Part shown: positions 1 through 12,440 of the stretch, one piece after another
Layout of the letters: each line of letters begins with the position of its first letter
Numbering within the stretch: the first letter of the stretch is position 1
NCBI RefSeq assembly: GCF_964204645.1
Contig: NC_134026.1
Coordinates: 11,555,950 to 11,619,949, forward strand
Direction: 5' to 3'
DNA: 64,000 nt
From: Tubulanus polymorphus
Lineage: Eukaryota > Animalia > Nemertea
The notes under the pieces: generated by a model
What the model was told of the DNA's origin: nothing
Database searches by the model: none
What the model saw: the letters and a program-made list of their open reading frames with translations, nothing else
Made by a program: the position numbers and the translations under genes

Positions 1-1378
1 AACCTGGTTGGGCAGTGACATTGACAGTGTAGTTTTGAATAAACTTTTGCCCACTGGATATAAAATCAACCATATATCTCGCCAGGATAAAAGAAATGGA
101 GGCGGCGTTGCAATTATATTTAAAGAGTCGTTGGATGTGGATGTGTTGGATAAAATTAGTAATTTCACTCATTTTGAGTATATGTCTTGCAAAGTCAAGT
201 CATGTGACACCTGTTTTGATTCAACCATTGTGTACCGGCCATCAGCTTCAAAAAGAAATGGTTTTAGAATATCTACATTCTTTGATGAATGGTACAACTT
301 TTTAAACAGTTTTATTTCGATCAAGGATGAATTTATCATAACTGGCGATTTTAACTTTCATGTTGATGACACGAACTGTGCTAGCGCTATGAAATTTCTT
401 GATTCTCTAGCATCTGCTGGTCTGAGGCAACATGTTACTGTACCAACTCATCACTCAGGCCATATACTCTTGATCTAGTCATAACTAAAATGGATTGTTC
501 TTTGATTGTGTGTCCACCTGTTGCGTGTGAACCTAGTTTTTGTAACTCTAATGCTGAAGTTTTAAGAGATCATTAAGCGATTATTTTCGACCTTTCTATA
601 AATCGTCCATCCGTGGTTAAAAAGACTGTTACTTTTCGCAAATTTCGATCTACTAATGTTCCTGATTTCAAGAAAGACCTGGAAACCGACTGTCAAGCAA
701 CAGATATAGACTGTTCTGTGCAGGAATTAGTGATTAATTATAATTCCGCCATCTCAAAGCTTATAGATATGCATGCTCCTTCTCAGACTAAAAAGGTCAC
801 TTTGCATCCACATGCACCTTGGTATACCGATGAACTTCGAACTGCTAAGCAAGAACATCGAAAACGTGAACGACTTTGGAATAAAACTAAACTGACTGTT
901 CATCAACTTATCTACAGAGAACAATGTGCGGTAGTCAACAATCTTTTAAAGCAAGCGAAAAATGACTATTATTCCTCAAAAATTATTGAGTGTGGCAATG
1001 ACATGAAAGCTCTTTTTAAGTTATCGAGTAAATTAATGGGGAAATCAGACTGTGCTATTTTTCCAACTCATGCGTGCCCTAAATTTTTGGCTAATCGGTT
1101 TAATGAGTTTTATCTGAGTAAGATTGTCAACATGCGTGGCAAACTCAGAGAGTTGTCCTCTGTTAACAATAACCATCTCAGTAATGATGTCCAGTTTTGT
1201 GGCAATAGTCTATCGTGCTTTAATCCTTTAACTTGTGATGATGTTCGGAAACTCATCTGCATCCTGTAATCTAGATCCTCTGCCTACGTGGTTGCTAAAA
1301 GAATGTATAGATGTTTTGTTACCTTGTGTTACTCGTATAATTAATGTATTTCTTGAAACCGGTGTTGTACCATCTATT
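1..1378 (+). mobile_element. L2/CR1-clade LINE ORF2, 5' part (APE endonuclease and linker), degraded
   Basis: ORFs 8-478 and 613-1269 contain APE motifs (GGGVAI, VYRP, GDFNFH, PTH..GH.LDL) and the linker APWYTDELR. The frame ends at ...LETGVVPSI, where a HINE is inserted. Confidence 0.9.
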
Positions 1379-1432
1379 TAGGGTTTTCTGTTATTTCACA
1401 GAAAACCCTATTGATATCCGCGTGATTATTAT
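1379..1432 (+). mobile_element. Stacked 5' head of the outer Helentron-type non-autonomous element (HINE family A)
   Basis: Hairpin TAGGGTTTTCTG-ttatttca-CAGAAAACCCTA followed by (ATT)n. The same 54 bp is repeated at 1433-1486. Confidence 0.75.
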
Positions 1433-2513
1433 TAGGGTTTTCTGTTATTTCACAGAAAACCCTATTGATATCCGCGTGATTATTATTATTATTATTTTCT
1501 TCCACACTATTTTTACCAAAAGAACATAGGCTTTGTTACCTTACCGCTGTTTCATATACAATCCATATAATATCGTACAGCTCACTGAGATCTACAAATA
1601 GCCCGCGTGTTTTTTCACGAATCATCGTTATAAAAGCGCTGTCGGGCCGTAAACATCGAAAATTTAGCCCCATTCAATGGGGCGACATGTTTTTCGAGGC
1701 GTCATCCCGAAATCAACCCGCAGGCCGACTGTCACTTCGATTATCAATTCAAGTATAAATGAACTAATTTATTGCCGCAGACTTCACATTCAGTCGCGGT
1801 CTTCAAACAGTGATTTTAACAATAGCTCATTTTCCTCATCAAATCATATTACCGATACACTGGAAATTTACTACTTAAGATTTTAAAAGCACTGTCGAGC
1901 CGTTACTACATCGACGTTCCGGGGATCAGCTGCAAGTTTCTCCTCATCATGAGAATCAAATCGAGTACAAATTAATTTATTACTACCAGTGATTTGGCTG
2001 CGGGTTTCAAGGAGTTAGTTTAACAATACCTATTTTTCTTTACCGAATTAACCGTGTATTTACTAAGATAAATCTTTAGTGTACCGGGGAATCGTAGGCC
2101 TAAACTAAACGCGCCGAAGAGATATATCGGAGAAAAGCTGTTATGTCGACGAGGTATCAAAATAAAAAAATATATTACTTTATCCGGCCGCGGGCTTCAA
2201 CCTCTACATCAATACCATCAATACTCTATATTTCCTACAGTACATACCGATCATTGTCAAATGCACAAGGTATTTACTAAATACAAGTATATAACACACT
2301 CCTTTCCGTATGCTGGACTGACACTTGACATTCAGAGTAAGTGTTCGCTGTGGGGGAAAGGAGATCATTCGTTGTGTCGCTTGAAGTGTTTATCGAGTTT
2401 TACGCGACCTTAAGGCTTTAGTATGGTGGCTGATAAGATAAAAACACACGAATATGCAAATGAGGGCGACATTACGACAAAACGACAAAACAAATAACGC
2501 GAGAAAACAAGGA

Positions 2514-4030
2514 TTTTGTCGCCCGCGACAATTCATTATTTTGGTTTTGTTACACGCGACAATTCAATATTTTGGTTTTATCGCCCGCGACAATTCATTA
2601 GTTTGGTTTTATCGCTTGCGACAATTCATTAGTTTGGTTTTGTCGCCCGCGACAATTCAATATTTTGGTTTTGTCGCCCGCGAAAATTCAATATTTTAGT
2701 TTTATCGCCCACGACAATTCATTACTTTGGTTTTATCGCCAGCGATGATTCATTATTTTGGTTTTGTCGCCCGCGACAATTCTTCTTTTGGGTTTTTTCG
2801 CCCGCGACAATTCATTATTTTGGTTTTATATTTTGTTTTTGTCGCCCGAGACAATTTTCTTTTTTGGTTTAATTTCAATATTTTGGTTTAATCGCCCGCG
2901 ATAATTCATTATTTTGGTCTTGTCGCCTGAGACAATTATTTTGGTTTTATCGGCCGTGACAATTCATTATTACGGTTTTATCGGCCGCGACAATTCATTA
3001 TTACGGTTTTATCACATGCGACAATTCATTATTTTGGTTTTGTCGCCCGCGACAATTCACCATTTTGGTTTTGTCGCCCGCAACAATTCACCATTTTGGT
3101 TTTATCGCCTGGATAATTCACCATTTTGGTTTTGTCGCCCGCGACAATTCATTATTTTTGTTTTGTCGCCCCGACAATTCTATTTTTGGTTTTGTCGCCC
3201 GCGACGATTCATTAGTTTGGTTTTGTCGCCCACGACAATTCAATATTTTGGTTTTATCGCCCACGACAATTCATTACTTTGGTTTTATCTCCAGCGACAA
3301 TTTATTATTTTGGTTTTGTCGCCCGCCACAATTCTTCTTTTTGGTTTTGACGCCCGCGACAATTCAATATTTTGGTTTTATCGCCCGCGACAATTCATTA
3401 TTTTGGTTTTATCGCTTGCGACCACTCATTAGTTTGGTTTTGTCGCCCGCGACAATTCAATATTTTGGTTTTGTCGCCCGCGAAAATTCATTATTTTGGT
3501 TTTATAGCCCACAACAATTCATTACTTTGGTTTTATCGCCAGCGACGATTCATTATTTTGGTTTTGTCGCCCGGGACAATTCTTCTTTTTGGTTTTGTGG
3601 CCCGGGACAATTCATTATATTGGTTTTATATTTTGTTTTTGTCGCCCGCGACAATTTTCTTTTTTGGTTTTGTGGCCCGGGACAATTCATTATATTGGTT
3701 TTATATTTTGTTTTTGTCGCCCGCGACAATTTTCTTTTTTGGTTTTGTCGCCCGCGACAATTCATTATTTTGGTTTTATTGGCCGCGACAATTCATTATT
3801 TTGGTTTTATCGCCCGCGACAATTCATTATTTTGGTTTTATCGCCCGCGACAATTCATTATTTTGGTTTTGTCGCCCGCGACAATTCACCATTTTGGTTT
3901 TGTCGCCTGGATAATTCACCATTTTGGTTTTGTCGCCCGTGACAATTCATTATTTTGGTTTTGTCGCCCGCGACAATTCAATATTTTGGTTTTATCGCCC
4001 GGGACAATTCATTATTTTGGTTTTGTCGCC
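2514..4030. repeat. 31-bp tandem satellite with internal palindrome
   Basis: Unit TTTTGTCGCCCGCGACAATTCATTATTTTGG; TTGTCGC and GCGACAA are reverse complements. Further arrays at 5190-5432, 6855-7658 and 62962-63296. Confidence 0.95.
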
Positions 4031-5189
4031 TGAAGAAAATTTTGAAGACGCTTTGATCAATTACCTTGATCTTTCCTTTATATTTGAATCTACCAAAGGC
4101 CCATCAGCATAAGAAAATTGGGTCGATCTGACTCAAGATGGCCGTCCTATGACCTTTTTAGTGCCCAAAAATGTCAATTTTGGCCAGAATTCTAGGTCCT
4201 GTAGCTTCCTACTGGTTTGCCATTTCTCATTGCAATTGCTGATGCATATTCTTTAGAGAGGGATGTTTTATACTTGGGACAGGTATTTTTGATCAGCCAA
4301 TTATGACGCAATTGGCGGCCATCTTGGTGTCATCAGTACTCATTCGTAGGTGGGAAAAAGTTTTTCCACAATTAATTGATACCTAAGCATATTGTGTTAC
4401 TATATTCAATTGGAAAGTTGTAGCCCATAACGTGTTCTATGATTTTGGTGAGTTTCAAGGTCATTGGTTTTTGTATGTGGCCATCAGGGGGCGTTGAATA
4501 ATACAATAACTTAGTATCGCTATATTATATTTGTACCAAGGCATATATTGTTACCATGATCAATGGCAAAGTTGTAGTTCATGACATCGTCTATGATTGT
4601 GGTGAGTTTTTAAGGACATTAGTTATTCCATATAGTCACCAGGGGGCGTTGAATAGTAGAAAAGCTTAGTTTTTCCTTATTAGATTGGTACCTAGGCATA
4701 GTTTGTTACCATGATCCATTGCAAAGTTGTAGTTCATGACATCGTCTATGATTGTGGTGAGTTTTTAAGGACATTAGTTATTCCATATAGTCACCAGGGG
4801 GCGCTGAATAGTAGAATGGCTTAGTATTTCCTTATGAGATTGGTACCTAGGCATATTTTGTTACTATTATCAATTGCAAAGTTGTATTTCATGACATGTA
4901 CTACGATTGTGGTGAGTTTTAAGGTCATTGGGTTTTGCATATGGTCACCAAGGGGCGTTGAATAGTAGAATAACTTAGTATTTCCATATTAAATTGGTAA
5001 CGAGGCATATTTTGTTATCACAATCAATTACAAAATCATAGCTGCTCACATGTTCTATGATTGTGGTGGGTTTCAAGGTCATCGGTTTTTGTATATGGTC
5101 ACTAGAGGGCGTTATGTATTGAAATTGTTAGATTGTTGAGCATTTGAAACGACTGCCCAAGTGAGCATGGTGTCCCTGGACCCCTAGTT
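4031..5189 (+). mobile_element. Nested second HINE-like element carrying a 155-bp tandem repeat
   Basis: Interrupts the 31-bp array. AGGGGGCG recurs at 4486, 4641 and 4796, with variants near 4950 and 5104 (period ~155). Ends in CAAGTGAGCATGGTGTCCCTGGACCCCTAGTT, which resembles invertebrate HINE 3' ends (recalled, not aligned). Confidence 0.6.
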
Positions 5190-5806
5190 TGGTTTTGTCG
5201 CCCGCGACAATTCATTATTTTGGTTTTGTCGGACGCAACAATTCAATAGTTTGTTTTTGTCGTCCGTGACAATTCATTATTTTGGTTTTGTCACACGCGA
5301 CAATTCAATATTTTGGTTTTATCGCCCGCGACAATTCATTATTTTGGTTTTATCCCTTGCGACAATTCATTATTTTGGTTTTGTCGGCCGCGACAATTCA
5401 TTATTTTTGTTTTGTCGCCCGTGGTTTTGTCGAAACATTAAGTTTTTGGTCGAACAGTGTGTTAAGGTTGTTTTGGAAATTTATTCGGTCTGGTATATTT
5501 TGGATTACTGTGTATGTCATTTGTCAGGACATTAAACAGAAGACGACTTAGGATACTACCTTGCGTGACTCCACTAGTTAGACCGTCTCACTCCAAGATG
5601 AGGCGTTCCGTTGATTTCGGTTACAAGTTTCCGTTCAGAGATAACTGCTGTGCCATTTGAGCGACCTATCATTGATACTGTTTCCTAATATCCTGTTCAG
5701 TAATGGCTGATGTTGAGCCTTATCAAATGCTTTGTTGAAATCCACTGTTGAACAGGATTCTAAGACTGTGCAGAAAACCCGTTATCGCTGCTTTGCAGCT
5801 ATATTT

Positions 5807-7975
5807 ATTATTATTTTCTTCCACACTATTTTTACCAAAAGAACATAGGCTTTGTTACCTTACCGCTGTTTCATATACAATCCATATAATATCGTTCAGC
5901 TCACTGAGATCTACATCTCTAGCCCGCGTGTTTTTTCACGAATCATCGTTACAAAAGCGCTGTCGGGCCGTAAAAATCGAAAATTTAGCCCCATTCAATG
6001 GGGCGACATGTTTTTCGAGTCGTCATCCCGAAATCGACCCGCAAGCCGACTGTCACTTCGATTATCAATTCAAGTATAAATGAACTAATTTATTGCCGCA
6101 GACTTCACATTCAGTCGCGGTCTTCAAACAGTGATTTTAACAATAGCCCATTTTCTCATCAAATCATATTACCGATACACTGGAAATTTACTACTTTAGA
6201 TTTTAAAAGCACTGTCGAGCCGTAAACATCGACGAATCGACGTGTGTTACTTCATCGACGTTCCGGGGATGAGCTGCCAGTTTCTCCTCATCATGAGAAT
6301 CAAATCGAGTACAAATTAATTTATTACTACCAGTGATTTGGCTGCGGGTTTCAAGGAGTTAGTTTAACAATACCTATTCTTCTTTACCGAATTAACCGTG
6401 TATTTACTGAGATAAATCTTTAGTGTACCGGGGAATCGTAGGCCTAAACTAAACAGGCCGAAGAGATATGGCGGAGAAAAGCTGTTATGTCGACGAGGTA
6501 TCAAAATAAAAGAATATATAACTTTATTCGGCCGCGGGCTTCAACCATTTATCAATACTCTATATTTCCTACAGTACATACCGATCATTGTCAAACGCAC
6601 AAGGTATTTACTAAATACAAGTATATTAACACACTCCTATCCGTATGCTGGACTCACACTTGACATTCGGAGTAAGCGTTCGCTGTGGGGGAAAGGAGAT
6701 CGTTGGCTGTGTCGCTTGAAGTGTTTATCGAGTTTTACGCGACCTTAAGGCTATAGTATGGTGGCTGATAAGATAAAAAAACACGAATATGCAAATGAGG
6801 GCGACATTACGACAAAACGACAAAACTAAAATAACGCGAGAAAACAATGATTTTGATTTTGTCGCCCGCGACAATTCATTATTTTGGTTTTGTCGCCTGC
6901 GACAATTCATTACTTTGGTTTTATCTCCAGCGACAATTCATTATTTTGGTTTTATCGCTTGCGACAATTCATTATTTTGGTTTTGTCGCCCGCGAAAATT
7001 CAATATTTTGGTTTTATCGCCTGCGACAATTCAATATTTTGGTTTTATCGCCCGCGACAATTCACCATTTTGGTTTTGTCGCCCCGACAATTCTATTTTT
7101 GGTTTTATCGCCCGCGACAATTCATTAGTTTGGTTTTGTCGCCCGCGACAATTCAATATTTTGGTTTTGTCGCCCGCGACAATTCATTATTTTGGTTGTA
7201 TATTTTGTTTTTGTCGAACGCGACAATTTTTTTTTGGTTTTGTCGCCCGCGACAATTCAATATTTTGGTTTTATCGCCTGCGACAATTCAATATTTTGGT
7301 TTTGTCACCAGCGACAATTCATTATTTTGGTTTTATCGCCCGCGACAATTCATTATTTTGGTTTTATCGCCCGCGACAATTCATTATTTTGGTTTTGTCG
7401 CCCGTGACAATTCACCATTTTGGTTTTGTCGCCTGGACAATTCACCATTTTGGTTTTGTCGCCCGCGACAATTCATTATTTTTGTTTTGTTGCCCCCCAA
7501 TTCTTTTTTTGGTTTTGTCGCCCGCGACAATTCATTACTTTGGTTTTATCTCCAGCGACAATTCATTATTTTGGTTTTGTCACCCGTGACAATTCTTCTT
7601 TTGGTTTTGTCACCCGCGACAATTCATAATTTTGGTTTTGTCGCCCGTGGTTTTGTCGGATTACTTTTTTGGATTACTGTGTATGTCATTTGTCAGGACA
7701 TTAAACAGAAGACGACTTAGGATACTACCTTGCGTGACTCCACTAGTTAGACCGTCTCATTCCAAGATGAGGCGTTCCGTTGATTTCGGTTACAAGTTTC
7801 CATTCAGAGATAACTGCTGTGCCATTTGGGCGACCTATCATTGATACTGTTTCCTAATAGCCTGTTCAGTAATGGCTGATGTTGAGCCTTATCAAATGCT
7901 TTGTTGAAATCCACCGTTGAACAGGATTCTAAGACTGTGCAGAAAACCCGTTATCGCTGCTTTGCAGCTATATTT
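5807..7975 (+). mobile_element. HINE family A body (outer copy, lacks an adjacent head)
   Basis: Near-identical to 1487-2510 and 5500-5806. Starts in (ATT)n and ends in CAGAAAACCCGTTATCGCTGCTTTGCAGCTATATTT. 31-bp array at 6855-7658. Confidence 0.75.
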
Positions 7976-7993
7976 CATATTTATTTTTATATT

Positions 7994-9513
7994 AAGATGG
8001 CCAATGTCTGTCCACTTTTAAAGAAACCTAGTTTGAACAAAGAGGACCTTAAGAATTACCGTCCTGTTTCCAACTTACCTTTCCTATCTAATGTACTGGA
8101 AAAAGCTGTTGAATCTCAGTTAGATCATCACCTTACTCAACATGATTTAGGTGATAAGTTTCAATCTGCTTATAAACCCTTACACTCTACAGAGACTGCT
8201 CTCTTAAAGATTCATTCTGATATTACAGTAGCCCTAGATGACGGCAATGTAGTCTTACTTTTAATGCTTGACATGTTGTCAGCAATTGATCGTAATGTAC
8301 TTTTAGATAGGTTGAATTTTTCTTATGGTATTTCTGATATTGCGCTGTCTTGGTTACGGTCGTACCTCTCAGATAGAACCCAGCGTGTATTAGTTAACGA
8401 TCATCCATCTATTGAGAAAGTGGTTGAGTTTGGCATTCCTCAAGGTTCTGTTCTAGGACCTAAATTATTTTGTTTAAACACAGGCCCGATTGGAGATATT
8501 TTTAAAAAACATGACTTGATGTATCATTTATATGCTGACGACTCTCAGGACTATGTTGTTGTGAAGCCTAAGCTTGAAAACAATGATCTTGGTATCGTGA
8601 AACTTCAAGACTGCTTACGTTATTTAAAACCATGGCTTGTTAGCAGTGGCCTTATGCAAAATGATTATAAAACTGAATTTTCTGTGTTTTGTCCTCCGGC
8701 AATGACCTATCTTTGCAAAGATCTGTCATTACAGGTAGGAGCTTGCAGTGTCATTATTTCTGATAACATTCGAAATCTAAATGCGTAATTTTTGACCGGA
8801 ACCTTACAATGGAAAAGCATGTTCTAAAAATTTATAAAACCTGTCATTTTCATTTAAGAAATTTATAGTAGAATTAGGAGATTTTTAACAGAGGATGCTT
8901 GTAGAGCCCTACTCCAGGCAACTGTTATATCTAGGCTAGATTATGCTAACTCTCTTTTATATATCCATTCTGATCTGCTATGTAAATTACAGAGAGTTCA
9001 AAATGCTGCTGCCAGAATTATTTCAATGGAAAGTAAAAGGAACCACATTACTCCTGTTCTAGCCAAACTTCACTGGCTTCCAGTTCATTTTAGAATTGAA
9101 TATAAAATTTTGTTGTATGTATATAAAGCTTTGAATGACAGTGCACCGGAGTATATAAAATTCAATGGTATCTGTCTATGTTCCAGCACATAATTTACGG
9201 TCAACTAATCAATTTTTACTTGATGTACCTCGTTTTAGAACTAAGCGCTATGGTTTACGTTCTTTTACTTGCACTGCACCAGTTTTGTGGAATGCTTTAC
9301 CCATCCACATCAGATCTGCCAAATCACTACAATGTTTCAAAACTCATCTTAAAACTGAACTTTTCACCAGACATTTTAACTAAATTCTTCATGTGAATGT
9401 TTTAAATGTTTTGTAAGATGTTTTTAGCTTAATGTTTTTATTTGTAAAGCGCTTTAGAGCCTTTTTTGGATTAAGGCGCTATATAAATATTGTATAATAA
9501 TAATAATAATAAT
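7994..9513 (+). mobile_element. L2-clade LINE ORF2 3' part (reverse transcriptase), 3' UTR and (TAA)n tail
   Basis: KMANVCPLLKKPSL..NYRPVSNLPFLS, GIPQGSVLGP, YADDSQ, LHWLP, AP.LWN.LP. L2-type 3' stem-loop AAGCGCTTTAG...AAGGCGCTATATAAAT followed by (TAA)n. Continues the reading frame broken at 1378. Confidence 0.92.
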
Positions 9514-10776
9514 ACCCAATTGCTGAACCGGGTTGGAATTCCTCAAGATTTGAAATCTAGAAATCTTGCTGTAGGTGAAAGAAACACTTGCCTTCAGAAA
9601 AGAAAATACTCTTGTGACGAGTTGGAAAGATAAGTGCGTTGTTACAATGATAAGCAGTTATTACAAGGGCGATTCGTTCGTTGAGAAAAGAACTTTGAAC
9701 TTGAAGTTTGCATTACCAACGCGTTTATATTGTACAAAATAACAAGGCCTGTTGATGAACAGAATCGGTGTATTTTGGTGAAATTTTGTGGATCATTGGT
9801 TAGGGCCCTTGTTGATCGAGCGAGACATCCAACACCTGAAATAAGGAAGGGAAGACCAAGGGAAGGACCACCACTTCCGCCATTGGATCAGCAGTATCAC
9901 GAACTAAAACTAGGAGAAGATAGATTTTGGAAAAGAGACTGCAAAAATTGTAGCAATCGTGCTGAAGGAAATCGCCGTGGAACCAAATATTTCTGCAATA
10001 CGTTTGGAGATAAGCCTGCGCTCCATCCGACGCCGTGTTTTCATAAATACCATTCACAGAATAATTACAAATAATTCAAGCTGTGTGAACTTTTGAGCAA
10101 TAGAAACCAACAGTTACTTCATTTGAAAAACTTGTTCATTTTTTATTTTTTTGACGATTTGGACCCTGGCCCAAAAATTTAACCCCTACCTATTTGAACC
10201 TAGCCCCCCCCGCCCAATTCAGATGCCCCAGTGATCACTAGACCCCTCAATTTATAAAAAAACGAGAATAATATAATATCTGTGATGGTTCTGTGGGTCT
10301 TATCAGAATAGAATCTCTTTCCTTATAATATCTTATTAAAAGCTGAAATTTTTCAAAAAATCATGAATTTTGATATATCGGATTTTGGACCCCCTTTCTA
10401 TCAAATCTTGTCAAGACCTTATGGACCATACTTTTTTCATAGCCAATAGGTATATCTACCTATATATAGGGACAAATATTCATTCTGGGGACATTTTCTA
10501 TTATTCAAAATGACTTATTTCTCATTTTTTGCATAATTTTCACCAATTTCGTCAATTTGGGGGTCCTTCTTGACCCCCCTGGACAGATGATATGAATGAA
10601 ACTCAAACTAGCAGGAGTTTTACAAACTAGAAGGACCTACTATTGATGTCCAACCATTTATTTGCTCTTCCCTTATCCAATTACTGTGCTACAGCACTTA
10701 CAAAACCCATAATAGACCCAAAATTAAATCAAATCACTTCAGACGTTTTTTTTTTTAAAAAGTCGATACTGAAAGG
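9514..10776 (+). mobile_element. piggyBac transposon 3' remnant
   Basis: Translation gives GIPQDLK...SWKDKCVVTMISS and the C-terminal Cys-rich domain CKNC...FCNT...LHPTPCFHKYH. Subterminal GGGGTC/GACCCC motifs. End ...ACTGAAAGGG with the TTAA missing. Confidence 0.75.
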
Positions 10777-11970
10777 GCTCTAGATATATAGGACATTTTT
10801 ATGGTAGGAAAATGACACCAAAAACTCTGGTTTCGGTTGAGCAATTTTGATGCCAGGGCCTTTGTTGTGAACCAGCGAAGCATGAAGCCAAGGCATTTGT
10901 CTTAGATGAATTATTCAAGCGTGAACGGGATTAAAATTATCATTTAACGTAATGATTCATGTAGCCATAACAGATCAAGGGTTTTTTACTTGAGTCATTT
11001 TGAACTATCTGGGCTAGAGGAAAGATGGCAAGACCTCAGTACTCCATCATTCATGGTTCTAAACTACAACCGAACGGAAAACCTGATGGAGACACTCCGA
11101 TTGTTTCATGAACGGTATCCAGAACCATGGCAACAAAAGTACAGTGTTCCGACACTATGTTAAATATCAGACCCATGGCACCAGCTTTCACCGAAACAAG
11201 GGCAATTCTGGGCGACCTCGAACTGTCTCAAAACGGAGGAAGCAATTGCAGAATTTCGAGAAGCCGTAATCAGGGATCCCTACCAGAGCAAGCGACGAAA
11301 CAACTTAGGTGTGACAGAAACGTCATTCACTCGTTTGATTAAGGAAATCAGATTTCATCCTTACAAGATGCAAATAAGACATGGATTGAGCCCACAGATC
11401 CACCAAGGAGAGTTGCCTACTGCATGGTTTGGAGAACTACCTAGGGACATGATAATACATGCCATGGCGGACATGTACAGGCGAGCTGAAGTTTGTATTC
11501 GAGTGGAAGGTCATCAAATTGAAGGACGTATCTGAGAGCAGCTAGAAATCAGGATAATGTGATGATACTCTTCATGCACAAGGCAACAGGGAAATGGATG
11601 TACATGTTCTGTTAAGTTTTTGATTATGTTTAGTTGAGTGCTTGCTAAATCAGCAACGGAAAAGCTAAATTGTGTCATACTTTCCTGCATAATTTAAAGT
11701 TTGAAAATAAAGCGTATTATTTTATTCCGGTACGATTATCTGTTTGTCAACTGTGTGTGGAAATCCTTGTGGAGTAGAAATTGAGTTCAAATTCCATTCA
11801 ATAGAGGCTCTGACTGGTTCACAACAATGGCCCTGGAATCAAAATAACTTGAGCGAATCGAGAGTTATTGGTGTCATTATCCTTCGAACAAAATTTCCTA
11901 TCCATCAGTATAAAAATTGAAGGCCTCTGAAAAGTGGAAGTATTGGGTCGCGTTTTTTTTTTGACAACTG
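10777..11970 (+). mobile_element. Tc1/mariner-type element (DUF4817-like HTH), internally deleted
   Basis: Imperfect inverted repeats ~10813-10875 and 11813-11876. Broken ORF from 11025 reads FMVLNYNRTENL...NKGNSGRPRT...FHPYKMQIRHGL. No catalytic DDD region seen. Confidence 0.75.
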
Positions 11971-12079
11971 ACCAAGTGTCTCCTAATGCTAACAAAATCA
12001 GTGAAGCCTACAGGAATAGCACACACAAAAACAGGTAGGCCTAAAACCACCTATCCTTAGTAAATGAAACTACACAAAC

Positions 12080-12440
12080 TAACATTCATAGAATTAAACG
12101 AATAATGGTTTTCAACCTTGTTGATGGTAGCAATTGTCTCTGCTTTCCGAACATCCTCTGTATTGGTGTAGCCTAATCCTGAAGTAATGATCTTTTAGCG
12201 CTTGACAGTTCCACAACAGGTGATGATATAGCGGAATCTGTTCGATGTGCTGCAGGAGATGCTGGAGGTAAAAAGAATCCAGTTATGGTCTGCGAATTAG
12301 TTTTGTGATTTTTCAAGATTTTCTTTGAGATCCTTATGTTTGTTTCCATCAGCATGAGATTGAAGAGCCTACTTTCCATCATTAGCTACAGAAAACATTC
12401 TGTCACAAACTGAACACTTTGCAGCATGCTTGTTTTTTTA
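12080..12440 (-). pseudogene. hAT-like transposase N-terminal fragment (BED-like zinc finger)
   Basis: Minus translation AKCSVCDRMFSVANDGK*ALQSHADGNKH...QTITGFF...VRKAETIA...NHYSFNS. Confidence 0.55.

Larger units (their letters stand above)
1433..5806 (+). mobile_element. HINE/DINE-1-like non-autonomous Helentron, family A, inner composite copy
   Basis: 5' subTIR hairpin, (ATT)n microsatellite, central tandem arrays, 3' subTIR CAGAAAACCC (5771-5780) and stem-loop GCTGC-TTT-GCAGC (5787-5799). No TSD, T-rich flanks. This matches the established DINE-1/HINE layout. Confidence 0.75.

Noticed and set aside
1378-1440. TTAGGG as a telomeric repeat
   Set aside because: Single occurrences that form part of the HINE 5' hairpin, not a tandem array.
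2514-4030. CRISPR-like palindromic repeats
   Set aside because: Units abut with no unique spacers, there are no cas genes, and the context is eukaryotic TE.
2454-7720. Long ORFs (up to 322 aa) with repeating VLSPATIHYFGF peptides
   Set aside because: They are translations of a 31-bp satellite lacking stop codons. All three frames give the same cycling peptide.
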